Positions 1 to 9,954 are shown, counted from the stretch's first letter. The stretch is DNA of 20,586 nt from Octopus sinensis (GCF_006345805.1 NW_021823945.1:1-20586), one strand, 5' to 3'. Notes: generated from the letters alone by a model not told the origin. Made by a program: numbers and translations.

Positions 1-149
1 TATAACGTATAGATCTGTTGATAGCTGCTACAACTTCAGAAATGAATTAATAAATCCCATAGCACGATGGAAATATTTTATTAATATAAGATAGAATAAA
101 TGAGGGAATATAGTTTAACATATACACTTATGTACGTAATAACGAATAT

Positions 150-269
150 GTTATATGTACATATATATATATATATGTATATATACATGTATTTGTGTTT
201 ATATGCACATACTTTGTAATATAAACTCATGTATATATGTTATATGTACATATATATTACATACATATA

Positions 270-310
<41 letters not shown>

Positions 311-400
311 CTATATATATATATTGTATATATACATGTATTCATGCGTTTATATACATATACTTTGTAATATAAACTCATAAATATATGTATATATGTG
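150..400. repeat. Compound (TA)/(TATG) microsatellite with a duplicated embedded unique motif
   Basis: TA-rich tract; TACTTTGTAATATAAACTCAT occurs at 210-230 and 361-381. Confidence 0.9.
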
Positions 401-456
401 TGTGTGGTGTGTTGCGTCTGTGTTTATATATATTTATTTGTATAATACATATATAT

Positions 457-594
457 AAATAATAGTTATCGCCATACTAATATGGCATTCTTATAAAAAT
501 AAGAAAAAGCTGTCCGCTTATTAGCTCCATGAGGCCATCGCCTTAAGTTATTTTTTATAAGAATGCCATATTAGTATGGCGATAACTATTATTT
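457..594. repeat. Perfect 43-bp inverted repeat around a ~50-bp spacer (foldback or MITE-like)
   Basis: 457-499 AAATAATAGTTATCGCCATACTAATATGGCATTCTTATAAAAA is the exact reverse complement of 552-594; no flanking TSD seen. Confidence 0.9.
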
Positions 595-649
595 TCCGGG
601 AACGCTGCCGCTGTTCTCTTAGAGAGACTTAGTTATTTTAATATTTCTA

Positions 650-900
650 TTATATATATTACATATATATATAATATATATATATATGTATATATATATC
701 TATATATAATATGTATATATATATGTATATACATATATGTATATATATATATGTATTATATCTGTATATATATATGTATGTATATATATTTGTATATATA
801 TGTATGTATATATATATATGTATATATATATTTGTATATTATATGATATATATATATTATATATATATATATATATATTTTTGTATGTATGTATGTATAA
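650..900. repeat. (TA)n/(TATG)n microsatellite
   Basis: Direct inspection. Confidence 0.95.
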
Positions 901-1441
901 TGGCGAAAGAAGGAAGAGATAGATTCCTCGTTAAACCTAATATGAATTAAGTATGAGCTAATGTATTTAGTTAGTGGTTCATGCGGAAATTAGAAATTAT
1001 TTTCCTTTGAAACATTCCCATGAGTCACAGTACAGTTATAGCTTAATATAAAAGTGAAAGGCAAGCAATTCTTGCTCTATGAAGCCAGAAAGTATATATA
1101 TATATATATATGTATGTATTCTTTTCATATATTTGTTGGTGCGAAGAATAATTATTTATATGGTGATTTTTTTTTTTACTGAAACACTCTGATCAAAACC
1201 TAATTCGTTCAGAATAATGTTACTTAAATTATGCATTCGTTTGAACCTATGAATATAGCAGCCGCCCACTGAATATAAGCGCCATATGTAATACTTAATT
1301 GAAAATATATAAAGTTAGAAACGTTAGCAGCAATTATTTTTTTAACGTAGTGACCCATGAAAAACCCTAACTGCTTTGAGGAGAAAGAAATTTAGAAGCT
1401 TCTCTCATAATTAGCGTTTGCAGAAAGTGTTGTTAAATATT

Positions 1442-1843
1442 CTTTTCTACACAAGGCGCGAGGTCAGAAATTTTGGGGGAAGGGGGAAGTCGAGTACATC
1501 GACCCCAGTATGCAACTGGTCCATAATTTATTGACCCCGAAAGGATGAAAGGCAAAGTCGACCTCGGCGGAATTTTTAACTCAGAACGTAGCGGCAGACG
1601 AAATACCTATTTCCTTACTACCCACAAGAAGCTACACAGAGAGGGGACAAACAAGGACAGACAAACGAATTAAGTCGATTATATCGACCCAGTGCGTAAC
1701 TGGTACTTAACTTATCGACCCCGAAATGATGAAAGGCAAAGTCGACCTCGGCGGAATTTGAACTCAGAACGTAGCAGCAGACGAAATATGCCTACGCATT
1801 TCGCCCGGTGTGCTTACGTTTCTGCCAGCTCGCCGCCTTAATA
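1442..1843 (-). mobile_element. tRNA-derived SINE family A, composite copy (full unit plus 5'-truncated unit)
   Basis: Minus strand starts AAGGCGGCGAGCTGGCAGAAACG (A-box-like), B-box-like GAGTTCAAATTCC; second unit starts at GTATTTCGTCTG (junction 1606/1607); TGTTAAATATT flanks both sides (1431-1441, 1844-1854) as a candidate 11-bp TSD. Confidence 0.9.
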
Positions 1844-2643
1844 TGTTAAATATTAATAGGGATGAACGTAGTGAAAGTAATTTTTCGTCAAAATATCTGA
1901 ATTTGAAAGATTTATTCAAATATCAATCATATATCCAATAATTTATGGGACATTAACGAAGATGGTGAGAGTGAATAGATAGGAAAAATTAGTTTCCTCG
2001 CGTGGTTAATGAAATATCTGGTTTGAAATAAACAAAATGGAACACAATCCACAGACTAAAAGATATTTAAAATATAGGAAAATAGGTAACGAGAGACAAA
2101 AAGTGTACGAAACATTTGCATGTGCACCGAGAAAGATTTACCTAATTGCTAATCCACTGTCTGTACGGTATAATTACACAATTATGCAAATGTATTTAAT
2201 ATTTTATTCCGCTACATACTTCACTAAACTCGATAATTATAACCCCTTAGATACTCTTAAGATAAAGTTATGGTTTAGAACATAGCCTTGAATTATTGAC
2301 ATTAGATATTTCAAGCAAAATACGTAATAAAATGTGTTCACAATGGAGCACATAGGAAAATGAAATCAAATTTAAAAATCAATAATTTCGAAAGATTTGA
2401 TATTACATGGAGAACATCAGTGATGTGTGTGATACGCATATTTCTTATGTATATGACGTATGTGATGTTTCATTTACAGGGTGGAGGGGGGGGTCAAGCT
2501 AAGTTTGGCGATATCTTAAGCCCCCTTTCTTCATGATTGATGTGTTGGTGTTACAGTCAACGGCATTGGAAAGCATAAATAATAAAGTTGTAGTTGAGAA
2601 AAAGTCAGCTGACATGGAGGACCGGAAGCCATCTAAATATTTG

Positions 2644-3056
2644 TTTCTTTATTGCTATAAGGGGTTAAACATAGAGGAGATAAACAAGGACAGACAAAGG
2701 GCTTAAGTCGATTACATCGACCCCAGTGCGTAACTGGGACTTATTTAATCAACCCCTAAAGGATGAAAGGCAAAGTCGACTTCGGCGGAATTTGAACTCA
2801 GAACGTAACGGCAGACGAAATACCTATTTCTTTACTACCCACAATGGGCTAAACACAGAGGAGACAAAGAAGGACAGACAAACGGATTAAGTCGATTACA
2901 TCGACCCCAGTGCATAACTGGCTCTTATTTAATTGACCCCGAAAGGATGAAAGGCAGAGTTGACCTCGGCGGAATTTGAACTCAGAGCGTAAATGCAGAC
3001 GAGATATCTCTAAGCATTTCGCCCTGCGTGTTAGCGGTTCTGCCAGCTAGCTGCCC
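2644..3056 (-). mobile_element. SINE family A, dimeric copy
   Basis: Same head and body as 1607-1843; same junction CAGACGAAATAC|CTATTTC at 2823/2824. Confidence 0.9.
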
Positions 3057-3064
3057 TAATGGGA

Positions 3065-3645
3065 GAAAAATATTGAAAAAGAATTACCAGTATCATGGCG
3101 AATCGCGTCTCTATCAAAATGCCGATATGATGACTGCTGTCCAATACTTTCTGAACATTGTCATGGACAGCTACAACGGAGGCTGCGAAGCCATGGCCAC
3201 AATAGGTTGCACAGCTGGCATTCTGACTGCGTCTGAATGCTGGCAATTATGTTCATACATTTTAAAAGGGGTTTAGACTTGACTCAGATAGCTATATGAA
3301 GCGGCAGGATACTGTGATCAAATCTGGTATGTAATGGTTTGCCACTGGAAGCCATATGTGTGTGTGCCAGCAGAATTCGGCTCCTTGACATACATCTGGA
3401 ACGTGTCGGAGAATTTATACGACATCACGGGTGTCAATTTGTGGTCTCATGATACCCCCAATTTTAATTCCATGGGGAGTGCAGTTGACAAAGAAACCAA
3501 CCGCTCAGCCCGCAACACCAAAGCTGAGCTGATGACGACGATTAACGATGTTTTTGAAGATATTCCCAGAGACTCAATGAAGAACGTATACACCAGGTTC
3601 CAGAGCAGTCTTTAGGCGGTGACGGAACCTGAGGGTAATCTGTTA
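3065..3645 (+). pseudogene. Decayed, internally deleted Tc1/mariner transposase (maT/DD37D-like by resemblance)
   Basis: Frame-broken motifs RLDSDSY, WKPYV, QQNSAP*HTSG, SENLYDITGVNLWSHDTPNFNSM, AVDKETNRSARNTKAELM...FEDIPRDSMKNVYTRFQS match the catalytic and C-terminal region of mariner-type transposases (QQDSAPxH, WPPNSPDLNP). Catalytic Asp residues are mutated, so DD spacing cannot be counted. Confidence 0.8.
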
Positions 3646-3708
3646 TCACTTGGCCATAGTCTACATGATTTAGCTTGATTTTTTAAAAATATGTTTATTT
3701 CTGAATTT

Positions 3709-4003
3709 GGAGGCGCAATGGCCCAGTGGTTAGGGCAGCGAACTCGCGGTCGGAGGATCGTGGTTTCGATTTCCAGACCGGGCATTGTGTGTGTTTATTG
3801 AGCGAAAACACCTATAAGCACCACGAGGCTCCGGCAGGGTGGTGGTGGCGACTCCTGTTGTACTATTTCGCCACAACTTTCTCTTCCTGTTTCTTGAGTA
3901 ACGCTTCGATGGACTGGCGTCCCGTCCAGCTGGGAGGGGGACACACGCCACAGAAACCGGGAAAAGGGGCCCATGATCCTGACTAGGCTTGAAAAGGGCG
4001 ACG
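3709..4003 (+). mobile_element. tRNA(Arg)-like SINE family B inserted downstream of the transposase remnant
   Basis: Head GGAGGCGCAATGGCCCAGTGGTTAGGGCAGCG (A-box TGGCCCAGTGG), GGTTTCGATTTCC (B-box); 3' segment CGATGGACTGGCGTCCCGTCCAG...CAGAAACCGGG resembles my recollection of the MetaSINE central domain. Confidence 0.85.
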
Positions 4004-4061
4004 TTTATCGTTCTTTTTAAAATTTTTAAATGTGATAGTGTGTTTTCTTCTTTTTATGCGA

Positions 4062-4088
4062 ACTGTCAAATTTATCCCGAACACTATA
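4062..4088 (+). mobile_element. Candidate right terminal inverted repeat remnant of the mariner element
   Basis: ACTGTCAAATTTATCCCGAACACTATA lies downstream of the transposase and ends in TA; no matching left TIR found in the window. Confidence 0.4.
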
Positions 4089-4789
4089 ATTATGGGAAGT
4101 TAAATTTGGATAAAGTTCACTCCAGGCCTGCAACGATAAATGATAGCGAGTAATTCACGCAAGCATTAATAATTTTATATGTCCCTACTCAACAATGGAA
4201 GCATTATTCCACACTGATGCCTTTTCTAATCTTCGAATTTGTTTATATCTCAATTTGATAAGAATTAGTTCTACAAAATTAATCAATTTTGATATTTGTA
4301 AGCCATCCACATTTATTCACCTTCGTTCTTTGATAGATGTCATAAATTCATAAATTTTATTAGCAGTTTCATTTCACTCGCTTTTCCTAAATAGTATTGA
4401 TGTTCTTTTTCGGGAGTGGTTCATCTCGTCTTATTCCATTCTTCAATTCTTCTCCGATATTATATTGTTTAAAATGCCACTTCGCTTGCAATCATAATTC
4501 GTAATAAGTGGTTTGCATTATCATTTCTAATATCCTTATACATAGTCCTGACCCAAGGGTAGGTGTATATTTACACTGTTTCATGAATGTTCATTTTCTG
4601 TATATCCTTTCCGTACTTGTTTCCAAGACACTTATTTCATTCTCCGACATTTGATTCGATAAAAAAAAAAGTGAATTTATTTTTCTATTCATTCTCACAG
4701 GCAATTCCAGACAAGAGTTTGACAACATCGTAATGAAAATTATATACATACATAAATCTATATAGTTGTAGTGTATGTTTATGCGTGAT

Positions 4790-4792
4790 TGC

Positions 4793-4826
<34 letters not shown>

Positions 4827-5043
4827 TATATATATATACATACCCATATATTTAAAGTCATATATATGTATATTATACATATACCCATATATTTAAGTCA
4901 TATATATGTATATATATATATACATATGTATATTATATATATATATATACATACATTATATATGTATATATATATATACATACATATATATATATACATA
5001 TACCCACATATTTAAAGTCATATATATGTATATATATATATAC

Positions 5044-5084
<41 letters not shown>

Positions 5085-5202
5085 TATATAATATATTTAT
5101 AATATATATATATATATATATACATATACCCATATATTTAAAGTCATATATATGTATATATATATACATATCTATATATATATATACATACATATATATA
5201 TG

Positions 5203-5276
<74 letters not shown>

Positions 5277-5290
5277 CATACTGACATACA
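4790..5290. repeat. (TA)n tract with four embedded TACCCATATATTTAAAGTCA motifs
   Basis: Motif copies start at about 4841, 4882, 5001 and 5127. Confidence 0.9.
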
Positions 5291-5324
5291 AAAATTATAG
5301 AAACATACATACGTACATACATGC

Positions 5325-5762
5325 ATACACACGCTGAACTATTGAGAAATCTGCAGTTACTCTATCTACATTACAAGTTCACGTTTATACCTGTAATTAT
5401 TAGGGCCCTGGGATATGTAACACACTTTCTAAATACCGATATTGAGAAATTAGGCTTCTCAAAGCCAGAAAAGAAGAACACTAATTCGAAGACTACAGAT
5501 TCAATCCAACACTGGAACAGTAAAAATATGTGACGCTTTCCAGAAGTTTGTCATTTACATATATATGAGCATGTCTAGATATATCCTATATGCATGAGGA
5601 TACATACATAAAACATACGAATCTACACATACATACATACAAAAAATACCCTGTTGTTGATGCTGAAATTCCAATGAAGAAACCTTGGATCTAGGTTAGA
5701 AACCGGGTTTTTGTCTATTGGCAAGAAATATTGAAATAAACTGAATAATGACATAGATACAT
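5325..5762 (+). mobile_element. 3' end of an RLE-type (R4/Dong-like) non-LTR retrotransposon
   Basis: [27 protein letters not shown] matches the C-terminal 'P-x-x-I-G-A-L-G' motif of restriction-like-endonuclease LINEs; continues after a frameshift as RRTLIRRLQIQSNTGTVKIC; followed by a 3' UTR with AATAAA and a CATA-type tail. Confidence 0.75.
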
Positions 5763-6612
5763 ACACACAATTACCATATGATTTTCCCTCGAGTGACTCC
5801 CTAGTTTCATCCAACAACATCATAGACCTTGGAGTAATTGTTTATAATACTTTAAGCTGGAGTTCCCACGTAAACAACAAGGTTGACTTGGCCCGCAAGA
5901 TTTGCTCCTTGATTTTGAGAACTTTCCGATCTAGAGATGCCTACACCGTCCTCCTTCTCTACTCTACTTTTGCCCGATCCTACATTTCCCGACCCCACCT
6001 TACCCGAACCCACTTTGCCCGACCCCACCTTGCCCGACTCCACCTCGCCTGACTCCACCTTGCCTGATCCCATACGAAGCAACTCATTATGAACGTGGAA
6101 ACACTCCAGTGGTCAACAACAAGAAAGATAGACAGCATGAGATGTATTAACTATTGGGGTCGACTAAAAGAACTCAGTCTCTACTCTCTCCAACGCTGAC
6201 GGGAGCGCTACATCATTTGTGTGATGTGGAAAATATTCCATCAATATTGCACAAATGATGTTGGCATCAATTTTAAAATCCATCCAAGATTTTTTCCCCG
6301 TGTTATCCGCCCATTACAAAAATCGAACTCGGTACACAGAGCAACATTACGTCACAACTACTTTGCCTCAACCGTTCCAGTTCTCTTTAATACCATACCA
6401 AAATACATCAAAACAGAAACAGATCCCATAAAATTCAAATGTTCACTGGACAAATTTCTTCAAAAAATCCCGGATTAACCTTATACACCCGGATATGTCT
6501 CCAACAATAATAACTCTTTGATAGAGTGGGCCATGGTGCCCCATATATATAACGACTTCACCACGTGGCACTATTAAGTTAGACATGGCATGGGCCTATA
6601 CTGGCCGAAGCT
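5763..6612 (+). mobile_element. 3' fragment of a CR1/L2-group LINE ORF2
   Basis: Reads DLGVIVYNTLSWSSHV...ARKICSLILRTFRSRD...YWGRLKELSLYSLQR*RERY...MWKIFH...FKCSLDKFLQKIPD; DLGV and LYSLQRRR are typical post-RT motifs of this group; contains stops. Confidence 0.85.
5969..6073 (+). repeat. 7 x 15-bp minisatellite (consensus YTTGCCCGACYCCAC) inside the LINE
   Basis: Units start at 5969, 5984, 5999, 6014, 6029, 6044 and 6059. Confidence 0.9.
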
Positions 6613-6879
6613 TTTGCTTGTATTTGTTCCACATTTGACGATGAAAATAACAAAAAGTCAAACAATTGTGAAAATAGGGAGATTATCGAGCTGAAGTGAA
6701 GCGGTATTCTTATGCCGTTAAACAATATGCCTTGGATAAATTATTTTGACATCCTGGGTTTCGATCCCGCTTGGCGGAGTCTGTCTTCATACTTTTGGAG
6801 TTAATAACAAAAAATATCACCCAAACTGTCGACTCACGCCTGCTGACAGAATTTCTAGTCATGAGCCTAAATTTAAATC

Positions 6880-7192
6880 TATTAATATTCTTCAGTAGTC
6901 TTATATTTATCACGCGCTTTCACTGCACTACCGAACGCAGCTCTGTGTGCCTTGAGTATGTGCTGAGGTCTGTTGTGGTATTGTTATTTTTATGAATTGA
7001 AAGTACTTTACTTCGGATGTGTGTGGTGCCTAGTAGTGCTATTTTCTGTATGTTATATATATTCATCAGTCCTGGTGTTTTGGTTATATATTTGCCGGAG
7101 TGATTTTAATCAAACCTACTGCAATTATTATTAAAGAGATTGTTTCCATACTCGGGTTACCACCATTTCCAGATCTGGCTTTCCTCAGCGAT
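6880..7192 (-). mobile_element. 3' end of a second RLE-type (R4/Dong-like) LINE
   Basis: Minus strand reads DLEMVVTRVW / ETISLIIIAVG / KYITKTPGLMNIYNIQKIALLGTTHI, typical of RLE C-termini (DLEIEV..W, QK.ALLGT.HI); short 3' UTR ends in a degenerate AAT tail. Confidence 0.75.
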
Positions 7193-7262
7193 GTTAGTTG
7201 TAATTTAAAAGAGATGTAACTACTCTATCTGTCAGGCAGAGCGACTTTCCACAGGTATAGCA

Positions 7263-7309
<47 letters not shown>

Positions 7310-7342
7310 TGATATTCATACACACACACATAAATATATATA

Positions 7343-7707
7343 TAGTGGCGGCCAAAATGTTCAGAACGGCATTGTTTTTGTCAGAAAAGTAGGTATAATT
7401 TTTTATCAAAGTTGTTTTATACGCTATAATTTTCACAGACAATAAATACAATATTATTTGTTATTGCCTGAGATTTTGGTGTAAGTTGAGAGGATAATAC
7501 AAAAGTTATAGATGGTTTAGTGATTTACTGCAAAATCATCCATAACTTTTGTATTATCCTCTCAAATTACACCAAATCTCAGACAATAACAATTGATATT
7601 GTATTTATTGTCTGTGAAAATTATAGAATATAAAACTACTTTGATAAAAACTTATACTTACTTTTCTGACGAAAACAATGCCGTTCTGAACATTTTGACC
7701 GCAACTG
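7343..7707. mobile_element. Palindromic Tc1/mariner-type MITE (365 bp)
   Basis: Arms of ~175 bp (7343-7518 versus 7532-7707) are near reverse complements; ends TAGTGGCGGCCAAAATGTTCAG and CTGAACATTTTGACCGCAACTG; TA on both flanks (7341-7342, 7708-7709). Confidence 0.9.
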
Positions 7708-8299
7708 TACATACCGTACATACGTCGTTGAATTTTTGAAGTTCTGAATTCAATTGTCTTGTTGAAATAAAAGGTATGTTTACATATTTGGGTAGTCAGG
7801 GAGAATAGAAAGATAAAAGTTTCACACAAAATTTAATATATCAAATTGTTAAATGTTCTTGAGATGTTCGTTTGTCTGACGAGTTGGAGAATACAGTAGC
7901 ATTTTTGAAATGAAAAGGTTGTTTACATTTTCGAATACTCAGGGAGAGAGAAAAGAAAAAAAGGAGGGTAACATTTTCACAGAAAGCTGCAGAAAGTAAA
8001 GTTTTAAGATTTACTACATATGGTCTTTTGCGTGTCCGCTCAGAGAAAATTTTTCTGCCCTCGAGGGAGTGAAACTATTGTTTAGACTTCTTTGTGTGAG
8101 TGTCTGTTTTCAACAACACATTAACAGGTGGTGTTTAGAAAGTTGTTCCTTAATGTACATTGAAAGGTTTCTACAGAGGCAGTTTCTGAAGAACAAAATG
8201 CATTATTGTCTAGCAAGGATATGCAAAATGTCAAAGATCATATAGATTTTAATAAAGTAGTTAACAGCGGTTTCTGGTCTTATGCAAATTTCTACAACT

Positions 8300-8306
8300 G
8301 CTGCTG

Positions 8307-8343
<37 letters not shown>

Positions 8344-8615
8344 AACTACGACAACTACTGCTACTACTGCTACTACTACTACTACTACTACAACTACGAC
8401 TACGACTACTACTACTACTACTACTACTACTAGTACTACTACTACTACTACAACTACGGCTACGACTACTACTGCTACTACTACTGCTGCTACTACTACT
8501 ACTACTACTACTAACTACTACTACTACTACTGCTACTACTGCTAACTACTCTACTGCTACTACTACTACTCTACTAACTTACTCACTACTACTGCTGCTG
8601 CTGCTGCTGCAGCTG
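8300..8615. repeat. (TAC)n trinucleotide tract grading into (TGC)n
   Basis: Direct inspection; interruptions ACAACTACGAC/ACAACTACGGC recur. Confidence 0.95.
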
Positions 8616-8669
8616 CTTAGTAAATTTGTGGTACGTGTTCATTTGTCATTGAACAGAAATATATGATCG

Positions 8670-8904
8670 GTTAAGGTGGCGAGCTGGCAGAAACGCTAGC
8701 GCGCCGGACGAAATGCCTAGCGGTATTTTGTCTGCCGCTACGTTCTAAGTTCAAATTCCGCCGAGGTCGACTTTGCCTTTCATCCTTTCAGGGTCGATAA
8801 ATTAAGTACCAGTTACGCACTGGGGTCGATATAATCGACGTAATCCGTTTGTCTGTCCTTGTTTGTCCTCTCTGTGTTTAGCCCCTTGTGGGTAGTAAAG
8901 AGAT
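8670..8904 (+). mobile_element. Full-length SINE family A monomer with 15-bp TSD
   Basis: AGAAATATATGATCG at 8655-8669 and 8905-8919; A- and B-box-like head. Confidence 0.95.
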
Positions 8905-9038
8905 AGAAATATATGATCGAAGCTGCTTCTCATCTATGGCCGTTGTGTGAATGTGTTTTATTTTCCAAGCCGTAGGTATGTGATTTTATGGAGGGTATTT
9001 GGTGGGTTGCTATTTCTTGCAGGCTGATCAAGTATATA

Positions 9039-9264
9039 TTTCTGTACTGCCCACAAAGGGGTAAACACAGAGGTGACAAACAAAGACAGACAAAGGGATT
9101 AACTCGACTACATCGAGCCCAGTGCGTAACTGGTACTTATTTAATCGACCCCGAAAGGATGAAAGGCAAAGTTAACCTCGGCGGAATTTGAACTCAGAAA
9201 GTAACGACAGACGAAATACCGCTAAGCATTTCGCACGGCGTGCCAACGTTTCTTCCAGCTCGCC
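9039..9264 (-). mobile_element. Full-length SINE family A monomer with 18-20-bp TSD
   Basis: GCAGGCTGATCAAGTATATA at 9019-9038 and 9265-9284. Confidence 0.95.
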
Positions 9265-9954
9265 GCAGGCTGATCAAGTATATAGAGTTACCCAGTTAGT
9301 TATGAGATGTTGTAAAGGACATCGTGTTCATGGCATTTGCTGTGGGGGCGGGAAAATGCTATGGGATTATATCGCATGTTTTTAAGAAATCAAAAACTGG
9401 ATGCATATTGTTATGAGCAGATTGAACAATGGCAGTAACAGTGGTCGGAGACAAAACAACAACAGCTGCAAAACATCAATAACAAATGCTTTGATTCAGA
9501 ATGCTTTGAGAATGGAGATAAGAAATCCATTGATGTGGACATTCACTTTAAGTATACGAAGAATGAATGCAACATGGTGTAGATAATAAAGAAAAACTAT
9601 ATCTGAAGGAAACGCCATTATCATGGAATTGTTTGTTTCCCCAAATAAATTATACGTACGCCTCTAAGTATTTCTCTAGCCTCTCTGATGTGCACACACG
9701 AACACACCCATACATACACATATAAATACATACACACACATGTATGTACTTATGGAAAGATGAATGTATGTGTGTATGCATGTTTGTATGTATACAGGGA
9801 GAGAAGAAGAAAGAGAAAGAATGAGAGAGAAGGAGCGACAGGTGTGTACATACATATTCACATATGTGTCGGTGGACGTGTGTCTTTCTTGTAGTTGTAT
9901 ATAGAATATATTCGTAATTGATATGATCTGAAATGAATTATGAAGATACGACCA

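Noticed and set aside
1245-1290. GAATATA...CCGC/GCGCC doublet resembling pogo/Tigger subterminal repeats
   Set aside because: Too short, and no TIR or TSD found.
1442-3056. CRISPR-like appearance of repeated GTCGAC/CGACCCC motifs
   Set aside because: These are SINE copies in a eukaryotic context; there is no repeat-spacer periodicity and no cas gene.
3709-3790. tRNA genes at SINE heads (also 8670, 10101, 17992)
   Set aside because: The A/B boxes continue into SINE bodies, with no acceptor-stem closure or Pol III terminator.
4701-4730. Strong acceptor (TTTTTCTATTCATTCTCACAG) followed by NSRQEFDNIV
   Set aside because: Only a weak donor, very short, no homology; such sites occur by chance in AT-rich DNA.
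6685-6810. Old SINE-like or tRNA-like segment (GGTTTCGATCCCGC)
   Set aside because: Too degenerate to define boundaries or family; no cloverleaf, so not a tRNA gene.
7664-7890. CTGACGA matches at about 7665 and 7876 as hammerhead cores
   Set aside because: No stem II plus GAAA and no stem I complementarity.
8206-8545. Poly-Thr (mucin-like) or poly-Tyr ORF, and a possible exon EAVSEEQNALLSSKDMQNVKDHIDF after TTTCTACAG
   Set aside because: The ORFs come from the (TAC)n tract; the unique part has no recognisable homology and no convincing donor site.
8905-9020. Apparent exon between an acceptor (GAACAG) and a strong donor (AG|GTATGT) once the SINE is removed
   Set aside because: All three frames contain stops, and the next acceptor is too close for a plausible intron.
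9285-9590. Coding-like stretch (Cys-rich ADQVYRV...CCKGH, or NQKLDAYCYEQ resembling a mariner segment)
   Set aside because: Stops in every frame and no motif I can assign with confidence.
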